From: Opitutia bacterium
GTDB lineage: Bacteria; Verrucomicrobiota; Verrucomicrobiia; Opitutales; Opitutaceae
Assembly: GCA_947478395.1 (NCBI GenBank)
Contig: CANJVR010000002.1
Span: 416,001 to 480,000, forward strand
Direction of reading: 5' to 3'
DNA: 64,000 nucleotides
The notes under the pieces are model-generated. The model was not told where the DNA came from. It worked only from the letters and a program-made list of their open reading frames with translations, and did not search any database. Shown in pieces: positions 59,288 through 64,000 of the stretch. Positions within the stretch are counted from its first letter, which is position 1. Each line of letters starts with the position of its first letter. The translations under genes were made by a program, and so were the position numbers.

Positions 59288-60310
59288 TTAGGGCCCCTCG
59301 GTCGGCGGGCCGTAAACTTTCGCCAGCTCAAGCATCAGCTTTTCGAGTTCGGCGTAGTAGGCGGGCTCGGAAAGCTTGGCTTTCTTTTCGCGGAGCGCCT
59401 CGATGCTCAGCTCAAGTTCGTCGCGCCGCGCCCGCTGCTCGACCGAGAGCTTTTGCTCGGCCGGGCTGCGGATCAGATGGAATTGTTTGGCGCGCAGTCC
59501 GTCGAGCGCACCGCCATCTTTCGCCTTCTTGGTCGCGCGGGTCCCGCGAAACCAATCAGAAGGCGTGCCGAGGCCGTCGCTATTGTCGTCAATCAACGCA
59601 TGCTCCGTGGAGAGCCGACCCTCCGTCTTGTAGAATTCTAGCACGCGGGTCGACGCGCTCAAAAAGGCTTCGAGCAATGAGGTCTGGCCATCCTGGTCGA
59701 GATCGCTTTTCGGATCGAGCATCGCCGCCGCGAAGTATTGCCCGAAACGCGCGTAGTTCTGTTCGTAGCCACTGCGCGTGGCACTCACGATCACCCGGTT
59801 TTTGCCGGTGAGTTTCGCGATGAACGGAGCGCTGCCGGACGAAGTGTCAACGATGGCCATCGGCCGGTTAAAGGGCTTCAACCACAGGGCGAGGTCGACC
59901 GCCGTAAGGTCTGGCCCACGTAGGTTGAACTTCGCGTCGCGCCCGTCGAACGTGCCGTGCCCGATCAGCACCACCCACAGCTCGCTCGCACCGTCTTTCG
60001 CTTCGGTTTCAAGCGCCTGCTTGACCCGTTCGAGATCGCTCGGGCCGGTGGCGGCTTCCTCCCCGATTCCAATCGTCACGCGCTTGGCGCCGGCGAGCTG
60101 ACAGGTCTTCTCCCAGAGTTTCGCCTGATTCGTGAAATTAGTCCCAAATTCCGATTCCCCGCCGGCACCCACGACGACGATGACCGTCGTTTGGTCGTTG
60201 AGCGGTGATTCTGCCGCGACTGCCACGGTCGGAAAAAATTCGAGAGCGAGACCAGCGATCGCACCCATCAAAAAGCCCCGCAGGCAGGGCGCGTAAGATA
60301 TCTTGCTCAT
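59288..60310 (-). CDS. Secreted hypothetical protein, possible caspase/C13-like fold
   Basis: Signal-like N-terminus; VLIGHG, IVDTSSGSAPFI, VIVSAT, DLDQDGQTS. ATGA overlap with the upstream gene. Confidence 0.65.
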   Translation of the reverse strand: MSKISYAPCLRGFLMGAIAGLALEFFPTVAVAAESPLNDQTTVIVVVGAGGESEFGTNFTNQAKLWEKTCQLAGAKRVTIGIGEEAATGPSDLERVKQALETEAKDGASELWVVLIGHGTFDGRDAKFNLRGPDLTAVDLALWLKPFNRPMAIVDTSSGSAPFIAKLTGKNRVIVSATRSGYEQNYARFGQYFAAAMLDPKSDLDQDGQTSLLEAFLSASTRVLEFYKTEGRLSTEHALIDDNSDGLGTPSDWFRGTRATKKAKDGGALDGLRAKQFHLIRSPAEQKLSVEQRARRDELELSIEALREKKAKLSEPAYYAELEKLMLELAKVYGPPTEGP

Positions 60311-62679
60311 GGCATTCCTTTCCAGCGGCGCACGCCCCATTCCGTCAGGAGACAGCCCAAGGCGAAGAGGAGCATGGCTGGCGTGTGCCAGAGCGGGTTC
60401 ATGGCGGTTTCCATCACCGGGGCCTTTTTCTGCGGCAGGCTGCGGGCGAATTTTTCCAGATCCGCCGCGGCGACGATCTCGCCTCCGGTTTTGCGCGCGA
60501 GATTTTCCAGCAGCGCCACGTTCGGCGTGAGCGAACGAAATTCTTCGGCCGCCATGTCGCTGCTCCAGCCGCCCTCGGCCCTGCCCACCTCCGCGCCCAC
60601 CGCGTTGGTGACGATCGCCGTCGCCTTGTAGCCGCCGTTCAAGCGCGGCACATAATTCGTTTGGTAAAGTCCGGGCTCGGTCGCGGATGCTTCCGCGAGC
60701 AAATGAATCGGTGCGGCCGGTGCCGTGGCGTCGCCGAATGCGACCGATTCAACCTCCACTTTCACCGTCGCGTCGTCCAGCGGCTGGAATTTCGCGTCGC
60801 GGGCGCGCACCTGCAATTGCACGGTCCCGTTGGCGTCCTCCGGCAACGGTTCGATGGCAAGGTCGACGCGGTTCGGCACGTCGGCGATCATCCAGCGCAT
60901 GAGCTGGCGCCACGCCTTGTTCATATCGATTTTTGTCGCGGCGTCCTTCTGGCCCCAGCGCCAAAAATCGCCGATCATCAGCGCGGCGCTGCGGCCTCGG
61001 CCAAAACGCTGCACGGCCAGGGCCGGCATCTGATTGCCCTGGTCGTCGCGCACCGTCGCGATGACGCTCGCCCCCGGTTTTAGTCCGCGGACGTGGTTCA
61101 GGACCGCAAAGTCCACCATGGTGTCGATGCGCGATTTTTCGTCGGACTCATTGTCGCGCAGCCGCGCCCAAGCTTGCAGCCAGCCCTCGCGGCCCAGCTC
61201 AAATTTGAGCGCACCCGGGGCCGCCTGCTCCGTGGGCTTGTCGAGATAGACGGGCAAGACGTCGCCGATCGGATTGCGCGCGTAATTGCCCTCCTGAAAC
61301 GACTCCATGCCGCCCAACATCAACAGGCCGCCGCCGCGTTCAGACACAAATTTCTGCAACAGCTGCGCCTGCTCCGGCGCGAAAAATTCGCTCTCGAGGT
61401 CATCCAGAATTACGGCGTTAAACCCGTATAAATCCTCCGGTATGCGCGGGAAGCCAGAGCGCAGCTCGAGTTCGTCCTTGGTGTTAAGGCGGACCAGGAC
61501 GGGCTGATCGTAACTCTGCACCTCTTCCGCCGCCTGTGTGCCGAAGCCGCGGAAAAGCGGATTGCTGGTTTCGCCCGCGCGCCCCCGGAAATCAAATTTC
61601 GGTTCGCGTTTTGCGATCCGCATCAAGCCCACCAGTTGGATCTGGTCATCATCGTCCATGGCCCGATTGAGATATTTATACTCCCAGTTCGGCCGGCCGG
61701 AAACATAGAGAATGCGGTACGGTCCCTGGCCGCGATTCACCACCATCACGCGCTTGTTGTTGGCCAGCGTCGCCTCTTCGCGGCCCTGCACGCCGAGGGC
61801 CGGTGCCGCCTTGGGTGCAACGCGCACCTCGTAAAATGAAAGGCCTTTGTGTTCAGGTTTGAGCTGAAAACGAAATGCGAGCGTGTCGTTTTCCTTGCGC
61901 ACTTCGAGCGACTGCTCCTGCACCGTTTTGCCCGCTTGATCAATCAAGCTGGCCACCACGGCCTCGCCTCGAAACCCGACGGCGGCGACGTCAGCTTGAA
62001 TCGAGACCGGCGCATCTTCGAATGCGGTCTGGCTCACGTTGACTTGTTGCACCGCCAGATCCCGCGCCGGATCGCTGCGGCCGATCACGACAGGGTAAAT
62101 GGGCGGCAAACCCGTGACATCCGGCAGCGCGGTGCCGCGGAGATCCGTCGCGTTGCCATCGGTCAACAAGAGAATGCCCGCAAGCGGACGGCCCTGGAAC
62201 CGTTCCTTCAGGGTGCGCAGCGCGGTCGCGAGCGCGGTGGAACGGCCGTCGAACGCGAGCTCATGAAAGTCAGTCGTCGATTGAAGACGGCCATCGAAAA
62301 GATAACGCCGGAGCTCGAAGGAATCGTCGAGGGTCGCCTGCCAGTCCTGGCCTTTACGATCGAGCAATGCGCGCAGAGCGTCGCCGCGGCTCTTGGTGTC
62401 ACCCTGATCCTTGATCTGCAGGCCTTGGCTGTTGTCCGCCACCACGGCGAAAATATTGGCGCGGGGCCGAGCGCGCTGACTGGTCCAGAGCGGCTCCAGC
62501 AGACAGAACGCGAGCGCCGCCATGCCCAGCGCCTTGAGTGACAAACAAAGTGCACGCACCCAGCCCGGGCCTGCGGAACGATAGTAACTCCAAAGCAGGA
62601 TCCCGACGGCGAGGACCACGAGGGCCACGGCGGGCACGAGCCAAGTGAAACTGGAAAACGTAAGGGCGGCGAACATCAT
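60307..62679 (-). CDS. Membrane protein with VWA-like and glutamine-amidotransferase-like domains
   Basis: N- and C-terminal TMs; DNSQG, LLTDGN, GGGLLMLGG..SF, FGRGRS, EW..RR..G. Confidence 0.8.
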   Translation of the reverse strand: MMFAALTFSSFTWLVPAVALVVLAVGILLWSYYRSAGPGWVRALCLSLKALGMAALAFCLLEPLWTSQRARPRANIFAVVADNSQGLQIKDQGDTKSRGDALRALLDRKGQDWQATLDDSFELRRYLFDGRLQSTTDFHELAFDGRSTALATALRTLKERFQGRPLAGILLLTDGNATDLRGTALPDVTGLPPIYPVVIGRSDPARDLAVQQVNVSQTAFEDAPVSIQADVAAVGFRGEAVVASLIDQAGKTVQEQSLEVRKENDTLAFRFQLKPEHKGLSFYEVRVAPKAAPALGVQGREEATLANNKRVMVVNRGQGPYRILYVSGRPNWEYKYLNRAMDDDDQIQLVGLMRIAKREPKFDFRGRAGETSNPLFRGFGTQAAEEVQSYDQPVLVRLNTKDELELRSGFPRIPEDLYGFNAVILDDLESEFFAPEQAQLLQKFVSERGGGLLMLGGMESFQEGNYARNPIGDVLPVYLDKPTEQAAPGALKFELGREGWLQAWARLRDNESDEKSRIDTMVDFAVLNHVRGLKPGASVIATVRDDQGNQMPALAVQRFGRGRSAALMIGDFWRWGQKDAATKIDMNKAWRQLMRWMIADVPNRVDLAIEPLPEDANGTVQLQVRARDAKFQPLDDATVKVEVESVAFGDATAPAAPIHLLAEASATEPGLYQTNYVPRLNGGYKATAIVTNAVGAEVGRAEGGWSSDMAAEEFRSLTPNVALLENLARKTGGEIVAAADLEKFARSLPQKKAPVMETAMNPLWHTPAMLLFALGCLLTEWGVRRWKGMP

Positions 62680-62716
62680 GGGGTGAGCGAAACCAGTGGG
62701 GAAATAGCAGAGATTG

Positions 62717-62785
62717 ATGGGGCTGGAGTGCCATCACCTCGCGGTTCGGCAGGACTCCATGCGGGTTGAGCGTGCCCCGCCAACA
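62717..62785. repeat. REP-like doublet, family B (degenerate)
   Basis: ATGGGGCTGGAGTGCCATCACCTCGC ... GCGGGTTGAGCGTGCCCCGCCAACA. Confidence 0.55.
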
Positions 62786-62806
62786 ACGTTCGATTCATGA
62801 CCCATC

Positions 62807-64000
62807 TCACTTTTCCTTCCCCAGTTCTTCGTAATAACGACGTACGGAATCGGCGTAACGCGAGGGCACCGGATCGCGATCGATCGGCACCAACGCATCC
62901 TTCGAATCACGTCGCGCAAGTTCCTCCCCGATACGCGCCCGCACTTCGACCAACGGATTCACAATCTGCAACTGCACCGTGGCCCAGTCAGGTTTCTTCA
63001 TGTCGCGGGTATATTGCTGACGGAGGAGACGCCCACGCTCGCGCGCGTTCGCGACCGCATCGCGCAACGCCGGCTGGTCGACGAGTTGTTCGACGTCGCG
63101 CAAGCGATCAGCCCAGGCGCCGAAATCGCCGCCCGTGATCGGCCCGCCCATTGGAGCGACGCCGCGATTACCGATTTCTCCAAGCTGGTCCAAAATTCCT
63201 TCTGCACCACCGATCCCGGTGTCGTTGTTGTTTCCGCCGCGACGGTTATTGCCGGCCAATTGACGTTGACCACCCTGACGCCCGCCGCGATTGCCCCCTG
63301 CTTGGCCTTGTTGGCCGGGCTGGCCTCCGCGTTGTCCCTGCTGACCGGCCTGGGCTTGCTGCCCCTGCTGCCCGCGTTGGCCACCTTGGCCCTGCCGGCC
63401 GCCCTGCTGCCCCGGTTGCCCCGGCTGACCTTCTTGCCCCGGAGATTCCTGCGCCTGCTGGCCTTGTTCGCCCGGGGAATCATTGCCCGCCAGTCGCTGA
63501 TCGGCCGACGCAGTATCCTTGGGATCGCCGGGTTGGCCCGGTTGGCCCGGTTGTCCTGGTTGTCCTGGTTGCCGCGCTTGTCCAGTCCGGCCCGCCTGCC
63601 CGGCCTGCTGGCCAGCAGGATTAGCGCCCTCCTGACCGGGAGGCGCGAGTTCGCGCTTAAGTTGATCCGTGATGGCGTCGATTTCGGATTGGGCGAGCTT
63701 CAGCGCCTGCGCGTCGTCGCCCAAAACACTTTCCGCGGCGCGTTCCACGCCACGCTTGAGATCCGTGATGCTGGAACCGGCCCGTTGCGCGGCCTCGCTG
63801 GCCTGCGGCAGGTAGCGTTGACGTAGCATCTCGTTCGTGAGTTCGAGCGATTTCGCCGTGGACTCACCCTCGGCGAGCTTCTGCAGACGGTCGTTCGACT
63901 GCGCGATCATGCCCTGCTCGAGCAGTTCCTTACGCATGTCTTTCACGGCCTTGACGTCGTCTTGGGCGACCTTGCGCACGCTGTCGTAAAGCTGACGGGA
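62807..64000 (-). CDS. Large coiled-coil protein with Gln/Gly-rich region (DUF4175-like; 5' end outside the window)
   Basis: The frame stays open toward the window edge; GQPGQPGQPG repeats; C-terminal DPVP..Y...V..YYE.L. Confidence 0.8.
   Translation of the reverse strand, partial: SRQLYDSVRKVAQDDVKAVKDMRKELLEQGMIAQSNDRLQKLAEGESTAKSLELTNEMLRQRYLPQASEAAQRAGSSITDLKRGVERAAESVLGDDAQALKLAQSEIDAITDQLKRELAPPGQEGANPAGQQAGQAGRTGQARQPGQPGQPGQPGQPGDPKDTASADQRLAGNDSPGEQGQQAQESPGQEGQPGQPGQQGGRQGQGGQRGQQGQQAQAGQQGQRGGQPGQQGQAGGNRGGRQGGQRQLAGNNRRGGNNNDTGIGGAEGILDQLGEIGNRGVAPMGGPITGGDFGAWADRLRDVEQLVDQPALRDAVANARERGRLLRQQYTRDMKKPDWATVQLQIVNPLVEVRARIGEELARRDSKDALVPIDRDPVPSRYADSVRRYYEELGKEK

Noticed and set aside
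63290..63620. 9-bp-period repeats resembling an array
   Set aside because: They encode the GQP/GQQ low-complexity region of the protein; there is no CRISPR repeat-spacer structure.

Overview
GC-rich bacterial chromosome segment. Gene content and repeat style suggest Verrucomicrobiota/Opitutaceae; this is inference, not established. Most of it is housekeeping and metabolism: asd (partial), an L,D-transpeptidase, menaquinone genes (thioesterase, menE, menC), guaB, glcDEF with a lactate/glycolate permease and oxidase, GH28 and PL11 pectin enzymes, xerC-like, mazG, trpC, trpF, rsmA, rlmI-like, yhaM-like, hrpB, purine permeases and the end of a VWA/GATase/coiled-coil cluster. Three accessory modules stand out. 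(1) A lexA-imuA-imuB-dnaE2 mutagenesis cassette with tandem palindromic operators. (2) A flavinylation module: FMN-binding protein, ApbE and a short RnfD-like protein. (3) A type I restriction-modification locus (hsdR-hsdM-hsdS) with two embedded passengers. One is a DUF3800-like gene followed immediately by a predicted antisense structured small RNA with its own candidate promoter; this is the best candidate for an uncharacterised protein+RNA defence or toxin-antitoxin system. The other is a DUF1016/YhcG nuclease gene whose coding sequence holds tandem DNA palindromes. Also present: a rod-shaped ~140-nt ncRNA candidate (6S-like) upstream of menC, and several REP/MITE-like repeat families, one copy inserted in frame inside hrpB. 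I recognised no tRNA, rRNA, CRISPR array or transposase. All family calls are by-eye motif recognition; no searches were run.
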